From: Centroscyllium fabricii
Taxonomy: Eukaryota
Reading direction: 5' to 3'
NCBI GenBank assembly: GCA_051313645.2
Contig: JBNRSN020000008.1
Coordinates: 163,928,001-163,992,000 of the forward strand
Length of the DNA stretch: 64,000 bases
Shown: positions 1 through 13,620 of the stretch, piece by piece
How positions within the stretch are numbered: the stretch's first letter is position 1
Layout of the letters: every line of letters starts with the position of its first letter
Notes under the pieces: generated by a model
What the model was told of the DNA's origin: nothing
What the model saw: the letters and a program-made list of their open reading frames with translations, nothing else
The model's database searches: none
Translations under genes and position numbers: made by a program

Positions 1-722
1 TGAGCATTCTGCACTTTGTAGTTGCACCGATGCTTTGCTCCGTATCTAACCCGTACTATACCTGACCGGGGAGTGCTGACACGAGGTGGGTGGGGGAGGC
101 AGTCATTTCCAACTTACCGCTGAAGCATAGAATCCAGGGTTGTAACTCAGGTGCACATTGTAGAAATGGCCCAAGTTTCTTTTCCATTGAAATCAGTGGG
201 CTGGAAAATCGGGCAGCTTCTATAACAGTCGCCGGCAACATCGGTTTAACTGGGTATCCAAAAAGGGAAGGTGTTTCATTTCGCAGAAGTAACACTCCTC
301 ACTTTAATGTGAATTCACCAACAATAAAAATGTCTATACTGCTGCCTTGGCGCAGTGCCTTCCCTTTCCCATCGTTATCTCAAAGAACAGGAATGGGCTC
401 ATGTGAAACTCAGTTGCCCACTATGTGAACGATTCCGGAGTACACCTTCCCTGCCATCACTGCTTCTGCTAGTCACTCTGAAGATGCTATGGATGCTGCT
501 TTCAACTGGCTCATTTTTTTGTTTTAGAAATAAAAGACCTTCATTATCTGGAACTGCCCGCAAGCTTACTAAGAATTCAAAAATGATAAGTGAACTGCGT
601 ATTTTCCAAAATGATTTGTGACAAAAATTGATGATTGTCTTTTTTCTCATACCAATTTCGAGCTGCCATAAGGAAACAAATAAAATGTCCTATCAGATGG
701 GCTGGTTGTCTCTCACTGAATT

Positions 723-870
723 TCATAGAATTATATAGAATTTACAGCACTGAAACAGATCATTATGCTCCACACGGGCCTCCTCCCACTTTATTTAATT
801 CATCTCACCCTATCAACATATCCTTCTATTCCTTTCTCACTCATGTACTTATTTCGCTTGCAGCCCACAT
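723..870 (-). mobile_element. CR1-type LINE 3' end fragment
   Basis: catagaattatatagaatttacagcactgaaacag is the reverse complement of the CR1-type tail also seen at ~4570-4800 and ~57155. Confidence 0.55.
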
Positions 871-2033
871 TTGAACCCAATGGGCCCAGTTTGGTGAAAC
901 CCAGCCCAAAAGGTACTAGTTGTCCTAGAATGAGAACAGGCAAAACTGCCAAAGCTCTCAGCAGTTGAGGACCCAGACAAATTTCCACATAATATACAAA
1001 CCAGCACATTGAGCGCACGGCTTTGAACTGCTTGTTTTGACTCATACACTTTGACCTTTGCAGCCAGCAATAACTCGCAATAATAATAATAATTTTTTTT
1101 TTAATTTCAAAGTATATTTGCAAGTGTTCAGTGTATTCCCATCAGTAAAACCAGCTGTTTGGCAAACCACAGTAAAACTGAAACATGCCTTGGTCAAAAT
1201 ATTACTGCAACTCATGCATGGAATAAGTATACGTTGTTAGAAAGATGGACGTGACTTCACCATTTCTAGATCATCACTAGCCATAATTACTTTACAGATT
1301 CCCCACTAACATGTGTACAGCAGTCCCAGATATATGGAGCCAGGGTCCTAGTGTGGTATTTATTTATTTTCTTACCATACTGACTGCAGTTCCAGATCCG
1401 CATAATCTAATCAGCAGCTCCAATTTCTGTAAAAGCCCAAACAAAGGTTGGGCAGGGGGAGTAAGTAAATAAATAAGTCAGTAACGTTGCTAGTCTGAGT
1501 GCACACTTGACAAGTCACTTGGCCTGGCTCTGTTCCCAACTCCTATTTCTATCCTTTCACTAAAAACATTGCAAAGAGAACGTAAAGCTCTTTTGTACGT
1601 TCCTCCTCTAAAAAGGTGAAAGGTATTGGATTGAAGGTCGACACATTGGAACATGCAACCAGACAACTTTCCTCTGTCAGGCCAGGAACCAGCTCCCTGT
1701 GTACCAGTTGAACATTTAAATAAACTCCAGATTTTCTTTTTAGAATGGAGCTATGTTGCAACCGCATCTCTTAGCCCTACACTTCTGATCTTTAGTCACC
1801 CGATGCGGAGGGGAGCGGGCAAGTTGGAGGGGCTTCTTGTAGCTCCTATGCCTAGCAAAGATTCAGGATGAGCATTGCCTACAGGGAGGGTGGCTCTGTC
1901 TGCCTGCTTCTCCTCCATGGTCTCGTCTGCGCCTGGGTCACCAGGTAGAGGTGTCCACCGTTACCCTTGGACCCTTCCACGACTGGTGGGCACGCAATGA
2001 AAAGAATGTGTGGTGGTCACAAATAATAATATT

Positions 2034-2794
2034 AGCCCAAAAATTAGGGGCCCAACGCGTGAGTATAGATGGTGTACTCACGCATGGGCCCCTCGGAATT
2101 GCCGGTTTCTGGCATGCACCGCGCATGCGTGCGAAACCGGCAATTCCGATCCCCTGACTGAAGAGGTCAGGAGCTGGAGCGCGTTCACCTGCGCAGCAGG
2201 ACGTGCGCAGTGCACTTCCGATTTTTTCACAGGTTTGTATCAGGGTAAGTATTGAAAAACGTTACGGCTGATATTTTCATCCGTAAAGAGTCGATTTCAT
2301 CAGGTAAGTCTTTATTTTATTCAATGTAAGCATTTTTTTCAACAAGTTTTTCATTTTTTTAAACGTTAGGGAAAGGTAAGTTGATTTGTAGGCCCGTTAA
2401 ATACTTTAAATCTTTTTTTCAATTTTTTTTATTTTTGTTTAATAGCTAATTTATGTCATTGATAGTAATTTTATAAAATGTGATGCTTTTTTTAAATTTA
2501 TTTTAAGATTTAGTGTGGTTTTGGGACTTTTGTATTCATAGGTTTGACAGCTCTTCCTGTCAGACTTATGAATGGAGCATTCTTTGCTCCGATTGGCTCC
2601 CCGCGGAACACGTGATCCCACGGGAAGCTTCCCACTAACTCCAACATTCAGATGCACCAGCGTGCCAACATTTCACAAGGACCTCAGAGGGCCTCGCATC
2701 GGAAGTCCTGGGTGAGAAATCACCGAAATGCAGGTGCGGAAGGTACTTTGGAGGTTTGCACACGCGGCAAGCCTCCATCCCTAATTTCTGGCCC
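2034..2794. mobile_element. Non-autonomous TIR element (PIF/Harbinger-type MITE)
   Basis: Imperfect TIRs agcccaaaaattaggg / ccctaatttctggccc; 3-bp flanks ATT/AAT; GC-rich ends, AT-rich centre, no ORF. Confidence 0.6.
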
Positions 2795-2994
2795 AATATG
2801 ATTCTGGTTTATAAGTTTTCCCTTTTGGTTAAACTGAACTTAAATATTTGAATTATTATATTAGTTGTGCCTCTTCAAAAGAGGGCATGTAGATTTGTTT
2901 TCCTGTTGATGACATTGGGGCAAACCATTGACACTCTTACTGCTGAACTAAAATAGGCAACCCTTTGGAGTCCACTTCATTGCTGGAAGTTATT

Positions 2995-3895
2995 GGGCCA
3001 GAAATTCGGGTGGCCCGCAGCAGTTGCACCCACACGGAGGGGGGCCAATATGCCCCGTGCGATGAACGCACGGGGCATGCCCACAGATCGGAGCTTTCCG
3101 ATGCTGAGGGAGAAGGGCCCTCAGCATCAAACGCAGGAGTGAGTTGCACCCAAAATTTCGGATGGAAAAGGGTGATAATTGCTGCGTGATTCTGTGGGCA
3201 ACGGGCCCACAAGCTGCACGGGAGAAAAGCAGTAGTAACTCATGCGTGAGGGAGAGCAGTGCGTTCCTAAACAAGGTAAGTTACTTTTTTACCTTTAATT
3301 TTAAGTTTTAACAGTTTTTGGGAGTAATGTGGCCAGATCGGTATCATTAAATTTGGATGTTAAAGTTTTTTTTTTAAATTTACAAATCCAATTTTCAATT
3401 GCTATACCTATTCCAAATCGCTAATTTTTAAATTTAACGTTCTGAAATTTTAAACTATTTAGTTAAGTTAAAAAATGAAGAAAAAAAATTGCTGACTTAC
3501 CTTCGGTGAAAAGCTGCTCTGGCCGCGCTGCTCACTGCCGAGTCTGTGGGTGCAGCGCCTCACGTCCCTGCTCTCTAAAAGGTCCGACTCTGAAACAGGG
3601 GGCGTTTTTTAATTTAAATTAGGAATCTGTGGGCGTTTTTAAATTTAAATTAGGGATCTGTGGGCGTTTTTTAAATTTAAATTAGGGATCTGTGGGCGGG
3701 GCATCACTGCTGCCCACGCACGACGGCAGCGCATCAACTGTGCTCCTAGCGTGGCTGGACTGCCACGCAGCGCAGGAACGGGGCGGAGCCAACCCGAAGG
3801 TCTGGGAGCAAAAACCGTGCGATGTTGGTGCGGTGTGATAGGTGTCTGCAGGGTCCTTGCTCCCGCACCAACCGGCACAGCCTAATTTCTGGCCC
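2995..3895. mobile_element. Non-autonomous TIR element (PIF/Harbinger-type MITE), same TIR family as 2034-2794
   Basis: TIRs gggccagaaattcgg / cctaatttctggccc; perfect 3-bp TSD ATT (2992-2994, 3896-3898). Confidence 0.7.
3600..3698. repeat. Minisatellite, 3 x ~31-33 bp, inside the MITE
   Basis: gggcgttttt(t)aa(a)tttaaattagg(g/a)atctgt repeated head-to-tail with no spacers. Confidence 0.85.
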
Positions 3896-4569
3896 ATTCT
3901 TTTTACCTAATTGGAGTCTCCAATGCTGGCAACCTGGGCTGGAGATATAGCTCCCCAGGCTCTGTCAATATTTTGCTGTAACCAGCTGATTAGAAGTTGG
4001 AGGCTCTCAATCTGATTCCCTCTCATTTTCTAGCAGGTGTGAATGCATTGTATTAATTCCTCCTTCTCTACAGCAGTGTGGCTGAAATCAAAAAACTGAC
4101 CCATGTGGGGAATCACTAACTCAAACCTGAGTTCTACCACTGCATACAGGCTCTGTTCAGTCCCTCGCCACAGTAGTGTGACTAAAATTGGAAAATTAAC
4201 CAGTGCAAACAAAACTCAGGTTCTAATGCTACACGGAGCAATCCACTGAAGCGCCACAGTGTTGCTCAGTCTCCAGAGGCTGCCTGTTTCTTTTTGAGTT
4301 ATTTTTGGTTGCAATTGTTTGAGGGCAACTGTAAAGACAGACATAATAGTGACTGTGACCATGTTGAAGTCATCAGTGAACTGAGTGCTTCTATAGAAGA
4401 GTCAGACCACAAGTGGACAGCAATACGTAACTACAGTTTGCACAGTCAAAGAAGAAGGCCCCGATAGAGCAGCAATAATAGTACTACTATGTTTAATTTT
4501 TCTTTAATGTATATATTGTTAACTGGCAAATCTTCAGTAGAATCATACACTTCAATGTAGAGCGTAAGG

Positions 4570-4800
4570 AGGAATTAGAACAGTTAGAATGTGGAACTTG
4601 CTACCAATTGGAATAGTTGAGACAAATAGCATAGATGCATTTAGGAGGAAGCTAGATAAATATATAAGGGAGACAGAAATAGAAGGATATGCTAATAGGG
4701 TTAGATAAAGTAGGATGGGAGGAGGCTCGTATGGAGCATTATCACTGGCCTAGGCCAGTTGGACCGAATGGCCTATTTCTGTGCTGTAAATTCTGTGTAG
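4570..4800 (+). mobile_element. CR1-type LINE 3' fragment
   Basis: aatgtggaacttgctacc...ggccagttggaccgaatggcctatttctgtgctgtaaattctg, a typical CR1 3' end. Confidence 0.65.
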
Positions 4801-5829
4801 TTCCATGTAATTCTCCTCTTTGGGACAGAGATCCGGTGGGATGGGACTTCAGCCCACCACTCCATATCCGCCCCCGCCCCGACCAAATTTCCTGCATTGG
4901 GGCTCATTCCATACGCATTGCAGGCTCCTGGTGGGATTCCCGCTATCAAGAGGGCGCTTACCAATGCATGCAAGGAAACTGCAGTGATGCGAGTGCAGGG
5001 ATATGATTGCAGCACCAGAAGAGGTGGCGAGGGATCTTAAAGGAGCAGACGCACCTCAAGGATGCACTGAAGGCTCGCACTGAAGACCTCCACCAAGACC
5101 GAGACATTGGGTAAGCAAGTGTTTGGGGCCAACTGGAGGGAGAGGAGGTCACAACAACACATTCTCACTCCACCGGGGGACATGTGGCTTTTACCACCAT
5201 TCCCCAGGGCCTAACACTGTCTTTCATATGGCAGCCCAGGAAGTGACAGATGGAAGGTGTCTTCTTTTGCACACTTTGTACAAAAATAATAAACTGCAGG
5301 ACAATGGAGTATTAAAGTTTAACTCATTTATTTAGCAATAGGTCTGTGAATCTTACTCAGCCAGCACCACTGGGGAAAGTGTGGCTTTAGTACCCCTGTT
5401 CCAGATCTTTCCAAACAATAGCTGTCCTTGCAGATGCCTGCAGGCCAATGACAATTCAGTATGCAAATGTTACAGAAGGGAAATTCCACCCTAAATGCGA
5501 ATGTAACTTTTAAAAGTAAGCAAAATTCATCATCACTCCAACATCATTCCTTGTTTTATTTCCAAACCCTGACGATTCCATAAGTGCAACAACAAGAATG
5601 CTCAAATATAGCCAATTAATCCATTTACACCAGAGGACATCTTCCTGATTTCAACACAGTGGCTGCAACCAGGCTGTAAAAAAAATAAAGCTCCAAATAA
5701 GACAACAGCCAGACATGGCCCCAAAGCTCCTTCATACAAAATTTAGTTTTTAAAAGCTTCATTTTAGCAGCTTATTTGTTAAATATAACTACTTACGGTG
5801 CAAACACTAGATAACCACAACTCTCAAAA

Positions 5830-6845
5830 AACAACGTGCCTTTATATATTGCCTTTTATGTAGAAAAATGTATCAAAGTGCATCACAGGAGGTATAATTT
5901 AAAAAAGGATGTCAAGCCAAAAAAGGATATTAGGAGGGGGACAAAAAAGTAGATCAAAGAGGTGAGTTTCAAGGAGAGTCTTAAAAGAGGAGAGAGTGGC
6001 TGAGAGGTTTAGAGAGGAAATTGCAGAGCATGAGGCCTAGGCAGCTGAAGGCACAGCCGCCAATGGTGGAATGAAGGAAGGGGGATACACAAGAGGCCAG
6101 ACGCAGAAAAAATGCAGAGTTCTGGAGGAGTGCTGTAGTGCTGGCGGAGGTTAGAGAGACAAAGAGCACAAAGAGATTTAAACAGGAGAATGAGAATTTT
6201 AAATCTGAGGTGTTGGGGACCAGGAGCCAATATAGGTCAGCAAGGACATGCGTGGTGAGTGAGCGGGACTTGGTGTTGGATAGGATACAGGCAGCAGAAT
6301 TTTGGATGAGCTGCCAACTTTAGAATAATCAAGTTTGGAGGTGACAAAGGCATGGATGAGGGTTTCAATGACAGATAAGCTGAGGTGGATGTAGGCAGAC
6401 TTTGTGACAGAGAGGATGAGGTGGGGAGCTTAGCTCAGGGTTGAGTAGGATGCTGAGATTGTAGACAGTCTGATTCAGCCTGAGACAGTGGCTGGGTGAC
6501 GTATCGTCAATTAAGACAAAAGACGAGTAGTTACCTTAACTACAGGCTTTTATTAACTTTATAATGGAGCTAGTCTCCAGTCGAGCACAAGGTGAGAATG
6601 AACGGGGGCAGGGCGGCCCTTACCTATAAGCTCCCACCTGAGGGGAGGAGTTAGAGGTGTGGCTGACCTGGCCTTACATACAGTATACAGATCAAGTCCC
6701 GCCAATGCACTCGCAACTATACACAACTATACACAGATGGTAACAACGGTTACCACACTGGGAAGAGAGGTGACGTGAATGGCAAGGGTACGGAGTTTGT
6801 GGCAGATGCAGAAGGCAATGGCTTTGGTCTTCCCAATGGCTAATC
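5830..6845 (-). mobile_element. L2-type LINE 3' fragment, interrupted by a solo LTR
   Basis: Purine-rich plus strand; the reverse complement ends in an aaaggc..tataaa...gttgtt L2-type tail. The sequence resumes after 6762. Confidence 0.55.
6497..6757 (-). mobile_element. Solo LTR (261 bp)
   Basis: TG...CA termini; perfect 5-bp TSD CTGGG (6492-6496, 6758-6762); AATAAA on the minus strand near 6550. Confidence 0.8.
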
Positions 6846-7929
6846 TGCATCAATCATGTGGAATCTCTATCAGTGGTTACAGAGCAGCAGCAGTAAGACT
6901 GTGGCATTGGGCTCTGCCTGTCCTCTCACTCAGACAGAGCACCTCACACTGTGAAGGATACGCGAGGGGCTAATCTCTGGCCTTGGAGGCTCACCCACTG
7001 GCAGTGCATGCTGAAAATTGGGGCACGCGCGATACACGATTTTCCAATCATTAATTTAACGTTTGGAAGAACGTGCAGTACATACCCAGATATCTAACCT
7101 GCTGCTGGCAGGAAAGGGTCACCCCTGCCCCGCAGCTCATAGTTGAAAAATTACCTCATGATATAAAATCAAGGAGATAACTTAGTAAAACTGGTTCAGC
7201 ACTACACCACTCTCCCGAGGCTAAACAGTATCTAATATGTCATCTGGCAGGTATCAGAGAGTCGGTTTTAGGCTGTAATCTAACCAGATTTCAGAAGCTT
7301 ATCCTCATTCCCATATATTCATTACTCCAACTCTCAGTTATAAATATACTGTATTTTTTAACCATCTTTGCAGGGGTGGTATTTGGGCCCTGAAACCCAT
7401 GTAATTGGGCAGGGCCCCGAGCCAGTCAGAGACCCCGAGTGGATCCCTGTCCCGCGGCCACCCCCCAGTGGAAGCATTAGTCAGTTCAGGCAGGCCAAGC
7501 TCTCGGCCTAACATACTGCGGTCTACCTGACTGATCCATGTGGAACTTCCCCCATCATTGGCGAAGTCAGGGGCCAGGTTAGGACCGTGCAACCCGACCA
7601 AGTCAGAGGCCCCTAGCAGATCCAGTCCCCAGAACAAAACTGTGCCCAGGGCCCCCTGCGAGGCAAACAAGCCCCACACTACTTCCGCCCCCACGCATGC
7701 CTGTTTGCTCCCTATGATGGTCCATAAACAGACCTACTTTCAATATGTGGAATGGAATGGACTGTGATTCGAAATGGACTAATTCTTCTTGGAACCCAAC
7801 CTTAATAGCTGATCGCATTCACATAACATAGCGACCACCGTTTAAATTTAGATTTTTTCCCCCATTTCTCTTTGCTGTTGCTTGATTCGCCCTTGTTTCT
7901 TGACTCATCCAAGAGGTAAGGCTACCTAT

Positions 7930-8070
7930 TTGATCAAGCTTTTGATCAATTGTCCTAATGTCTCCTTCTTAGGATCAGTGTTAAAAAAAAATTCGGATTA
8001 CACTCCCGTGAAAAATCTTGGAACATTTGACTATGTTAAAGGCGCTATTTAAATGCGAGTTGTAGTTGAT
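7930..8070 (+). mobile_element. L2-type LINE 3' tail fragment
   Basis: ttgatcaagcttttg...atgttaaaggcgctatttaaatgcgagttgtagttg tail. Confidence 0.55.
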
Positions 8071-8187
8071 AGTCAGGGTGTGGATTTCTACATGGCCAGT
8101 GGCAGCGCCAACTGAAGATGTGCTTCTGCAGCCTGGGGTTTCCTCCCATCAAGTTAGAGGGCCTGACACCAGAGGCGAACACTGTCA

Positions 8188-8601
8188 GCTATGGCTTAGT
8201 GGGTAGCACTCTCGGCTCTGAGTCAGAAGGTTATGGGCTCACGCCCCACTCCAGAGACTTAAGCACAAAAAATGTAGCCTGACACTCCAGTGTAGTACTG
8301 AGGGAGTTTTGCATTGACAGAGGTACGATCTTTCAGACTGAGGCCCTGTACTGCTCTGTCAGGTGGATGTGAAAGGTCCTCAGGCACTATTTTGAAAAAA
8401 GTGGTAGCCTGGCCAATATTTATCCCTCAACAATCATCACTAAAACAGATTATCTGGTCATTGCTGTTTGTGGGAGCTTGCTGTGCGCAAATTGGCTGCT
8501 ACATTTCCTACATTACAGAAGTGATGACACTTCAAAAGTACTTCATTGGCTGTAAAGTGCTTTGGGACGTCCTGAGGTCATGAAAGGCGCTATAAAAAGT
8601 C
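8188..8601 (+). mobile_element. tRNA-derived SINE, Deu-domain type (SacSINE1/AmnSINE1-like)
   Basis: A-box-like tggcttagtgg head; body ...tgctgtgcgcaaattggctgc...; L2-type tail gtaaagtgctttgggacgtcctgaggtcatgaaaggcgctata. Family assignment from recall. Confidence 0.7.
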
Positions 8602-10070
8602 TTTATTTTCTTTTTCTGTTTTTGGAAACCAGGATGAAAGCCCAGGAAACTCATTCATTGTGATGAACAGTATTAGAGTGGCAGCCAAGACTGGAATTCA
8701 AACCCAGGTCCTTAGAATGGCAGTTCAGTGCTTTATTGCGCGTAAGGCAGTATGAACAGGTAAACGACCAATCTAGCTCACCCCAAATACTGCTGGAGTT
8801 ATTAAACCACCTAGAATCTTATTTATGGTTATAATGATCATATGCTGCATTAGGGACAAGGTAAATTGAAGTCCTTTGATGGTCTTCAGCTCCCCAATTA
8901 CAGAATTTTTACTATTGGCTTGAGCATTTTTTTAAACTAATCTATTAATGCAAATTGCCATGAACAGCATAGTTATGTCTGTATCAGTATCAAAACACAC
9001 AAATCGTACATGGACTGACCCCACACACAGTCCAGCCCAGTTCAAACAAACTAAAGTGAAGGAACATAGCATGTCCTTCTGTATGTAGACTGACACACAT
9101 GAAACCATCTTAATATATTGAAATGAATTCTAAGTGTTAAACTTCCACATAAATGGTAATTACGACCTGATAACAATGAATTAGAAAATGTGATTTTCAG
9201 TCAGATGATAAAAAAACAAAATGCATGGGACAATACAAAAAGTATCTTAGGATGTGTTTATGTGATTGACACAAAGCCTTTTTTGCTTCACGCTGCTCTT
9301 AAATTTGTGCTTTATATATTGGTTTTTAAGGCCCAAACTGACTCCAAAGCAAAGCTTTGCTCCTGTGTTAGGGTCAAGCTCTGACTCTAGATTTGGGCTT
9401 CATTTACATTATAACTGCAGACCTTCACACTGACACTGCATTTCTAGTGTACATGCCTCCTAGGTCGGTAGAAAAAAATAATTGTTTAAAACAGTTTGAC
9501 CTGCCCAGCAGTACCATAACACTCTCCAAGTATTTCAAAAACATGATCCATTATATGGTTATAGACATATCACAGCACCTTGCTTTCCATTGCATGGGTC
9601 ACCATTAAAACAAATTGCTTAATGTCACAACTTTTGGGAAATTACAACTCCTCAGACAAATGTCATTATATCTTGTTGTTCATGATACTGCACATTTATT
9701 TCCCAACCAAAAAGTATAAAATTAGGAACTCTTCCACATAAAATTACTAACAGATGATTTCTGATGCCATAAGACATAATAATATTGTAATGATTACAAT
9801 ACTGTGTCATCCCCAAACCACTTGAGGTCCTATTGATATGAATTCTGTGGGACTTTACCATTGTGAGGTTACACTTCACAGAAATAGTGACCAACCTCTT
9901 ATTGCTAAGACATTTTTACATCGCAATGAAAACCGACTGTATAACCCTTAGATGCAATGTGTTTTTTGCCTTCACTCTATAGCAAGTCTCTGATGCTAGA
10001 TTGAATTAGGAAATTGTTCTCCAAATCAGAACACAAATACAGTGGCCAAGTAAAGAAAAATGGATCCTAC

Positions 10071-10247
10071 CTTGAGCCTGTGCTGCAGAACTGTGGGAAT
10101 ATCCAAGGGATAAAAGGGCTGTCTCGATGAGCTGATTGAACAGCACATCTTTACGGATCAGCACAAATTCAGCATGCTCTTCTTTCCCTTCGCATTCTAC
10201 AGGATTGTCTGATTGCTCCACCACACAAAACACTGGCAGGGTTGATC
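10071..10247 (-). CDS. SATB2: SATB2 second coding exon, ubiquitin-like oligomerisation domain (ULD), 177 nt
   Basis: (G)[58 protein letters not shown](G) is the SATB ULD signature. Acceptor ttcAG at 10249-10248, donor G|GTAGG at 10071/10070; phase joins the upstream exon in frame. Later exons were not found and probably lie left of the window. Confidence 0.95.
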
Positions 10248-13200
10248 CTGAATGGGGGGAAAACAAAATCCAAATAATACACGGGCTTTTGTTTCGGAAA
10301 CAGTCAGACCTGATCACAGCCCAATCACCAGTAACGCTGTTTGACAGCACGTAGATTTTGGTCATTGATTTGTTTATTAATACTAGCAGTACACCATTGG
10401 TTTTGGTAAACAGACCAGATTTCAGAACTCAGAGACTGTCTTTATTGTATACCTCAGCTCTCTGCACTACTGCCACTGTCCTTTCCTTTGCCCGTGACAA
10501 GCTCGAAAAGTCACTAGGGAGACTGCTTTAGCGACATTTTCGTTTTTGTACGACCAAAAAATACTTATACTTAATTTCCTATGAAACTTTGATGATATAC
10601 ACAACAAACGCATTAGATGCATGAGATCTCAGAACAAATTTGTATTTGCAAAGTCCTCTGAGCAAATAGAAAACATTCGCTGCGAAATTCAGCTGCAAAA
10701 GAATCCTGTTACACTTCCCAATGGTTTAAACAGAAGGAATTAACATTCTTCTAGAAGGAAGCGATCAGTGTTTTTAAGAAGTTGCATCCCCATTAGGACC
10801 TCATTTAAAAAAAATGCAAACCATTGCAAAATATTCTCATTCAGTTTAACTTTATTCCTGTCTCTTGATTTTTAAAACAACATTCAAAAAAAACAAAGGG
10901 ACAAAAACAACAGGAAATATGAATTCTAAAGTTGATTATAGTTCTTTGTAAATGATTTTTAAGGGGCCCCTGCTGGTGATAGTTGTCTCTAAATACCAAC
11001 TCAATTAAGATGCCAGATACAAAAAACAAATAGAGGCAATCAAACCAGAAGGCAATAGGTGATCCTAGTCAGGCCAGTCTGTACTTCCTTCAATGAATAT
11101 ATTACTAAGCAAATGTGATCAGCAGAAAGCAAGAATATTCAATACTGAAAACTCACTGGTAAGTTTAAAGAATGTACTCAGCACAATAACTGTGCATGGT
11201 TATACTTTTCCATCTAATAATTTATCCTTAGCAAATAAATTTACAAAGAGAATTTAACAGTCCCATTCTATAAATTGCAGTCTTCATTGAGATACAAAAT
11301 ACAATCAGATGCCATGATTGGAGAGTGAATGTGCTAGAATGGGATAAACTTCAATGGACCAAATGACCTTTTCTCATTCTTTGTTTTTATATATTCTTAT
11401 GAGGCACTGGAGGAGGAGGGGACATCCATTGCCAGTTGGAAGATGATAAATGCAGTCTGTAGGTAAGCTTTATAAAAATATGCTTATAAATATAAATTTA
11501 CATTTAAACCCTACTTTCCTGTAACCTTACAGTTTGCAAACCCAAATGTGATTACAGAACCTTAGTGATTTGCTAATTGAAAGATTGTTAATCCATCAGC
11601 CTTGAAAGTTCAACATATTTGACACTTTGTGCCATATTATAATGTAATTTGACCTATGTATATCACACAATGCTCTTGTGACAAATGGAATTTGATTACT
11701 GAGTCTCTGTTTTACATGCACTTTGTTCCTCATGAATATTTATGACTTATTTTGCAAATTCTCTTAATTTTTTTTATATCCACAACACTTTACAATGCAA
11801 CAAACCACTTGCATATCCTTTCAACAAGTGCAACAACAATTAGTATCGCATATCCACAACTCCAGCACAATACAGTAGTGTCAATATGTTCACTCCAAGT
11901 TTCTCAGTCCAAAAATCTTAATAGTGCAGTCGTCATACATAAGCTTCTTCATCCAGTGGTCCTTATTAACCTATAAACCTTGCCTTCACCAAGTGTGGTT
12001 TGATTACCAAGTGGTCATTTGGAGATTAACCTTCTTTCCTAAAATTTATTTGATTCTTTAAAAATGTATATGGAGGTTATTTCCTAATCTTTTCTTTATT
12101 TAACTGGAGTAATGTTAATTAGGGTAACAAGATTGTAATCTTTTAGTTGCTCTAAAAACCTATGACCTGAACCTATCACTGTCGTGGGGTCAAATCAACA
12201 CCTCATTTGTTCAGACTTTTAACAGAGATTAAAGTTAAACTAAGAATGCCACACTGAGAGGGCTAACATCTCAATGTCTCAAAACCGAATACTGTCCTGG
12301 AGCATTATGGGCATATTGACTGCTAACAAATAAACACCCTAATAACAACCCGTGCACATGAGAGATTAGTTATTCCCTTGGTCAGATTCACAAAAGAACA
12401 CGAGTACACGTATATTGGACATATTTTAAGAGCACACGGGTCTCCTGGAGAGATTATAAAACTGCATATTGCCTTTGTCCTACTTGAGAACAACTGCATC
12501 ATTTTGAGTTTTGCCTAATTATTAATGATTCAGTGGACAGGACTGACATTTAAAACTAATATTAACCTTTAATTTAGCAGGTGACACGTTTTGTGTTCTC
12601 GGTCTGGTTTGGCAAAGTAAATGTAACTATTAATGGTTAAAACTGCTGGTTTTAAGAATCCTGCTTTGCAACTCTTCCTGAATAGAGAAAGTGCAATCCC
12701 TGCTGGCATCCCCGTCTCTTATAAAAACTCTTAGCTCCAATGAATAGACAAGTAATTTTCACATCCACGTTCAGCGATACTATTTATATTTATGCTATAG
12801 TATAAATAAATGGGGCATTTTACACGGTATGCCGGAGTGGGGCAGCGTGGCTGGGGAGTGGGTCTGTGCTGTTTCCAGAGCTCAGTACAAACTCATTTTC
12901 TGCAGATCAAGGACGGTGTGATGTTTTAAACAACTGCTTGTCCGCGGCATCGTGTTTGAAAGGACACTGACCAAAGAAGAAGTAGCAAGCAAGCTGTGAT
13001 AACAAGATATTAATATCACAGTTGCTAAATATTGCAATTAATACCGGCATTGGGTAAATCTCCTCAATTTACTAGCGGGCTTCAGTCAGGGAGTGGAGCT
13101 GCGTTTAGTTTGTGTTTTTGGACTGGTCATTGAGGTCAGCTCCATGCTTTGGAAGTTTGTGTAATCTTGGTGTGCATGTCACTTTTTACGTGCAAATATC

Positions 13201-13620
13201 TACAGACCGCCCCCCCACCCAACCCTGAAAATACTAAAGTTCCCTTTCAGGTTGTGTGCTTGGACCCTCTCTCAACGTGAGGACCGGTTTTAAACGGACT
13301 GAAAATCACTTCTAGTAAGTTAAAAACAAAAGACGGAACTAGACAGCTCGGACATGAACCTGGCGGCGGCGTGGAAACCACTCAAGTGGCGAGGAGCCCA
13401 TTAAGTCCCCCCTCCGGGGAAAGCCTGGCGTTTTCTACTGAATGGTGACAAGGGGGCTGATAGGTGCTGCTGGTGTTGGGCAGGGCATCAATGAGCTGGA
13501 AATCGGCCGAGCTTCTTCCTGTAATCCTACACCAAGCACACAGAAAGTTTAATCAACATGAACCCTGACACCCAGTCTGAATGTGGCCCTGCTGTCAGTT
13601 GGCAGGCTGCTGCATCGTAC

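Noticed and set aside
3600-3698. ~31-bp repeats resembling a CRISPR array
   Set aside because: Head-to-tail with no unique spacers, inside a eukaryotic MITE, no cas genes.
1-10000. Next SATB2 exon (GIIKLGRWNPLPL-like)
   Set aside because: Not found by eye or in the ORF track; probably outside the window, though a short exon could have been missed.
10006-10365. SATB1 assignment, or the 119-aa ORF as a complete protein
   Set aside because: Only 10071-10247 is bounded by splice sites, and the upstream exon is SATB2-type.
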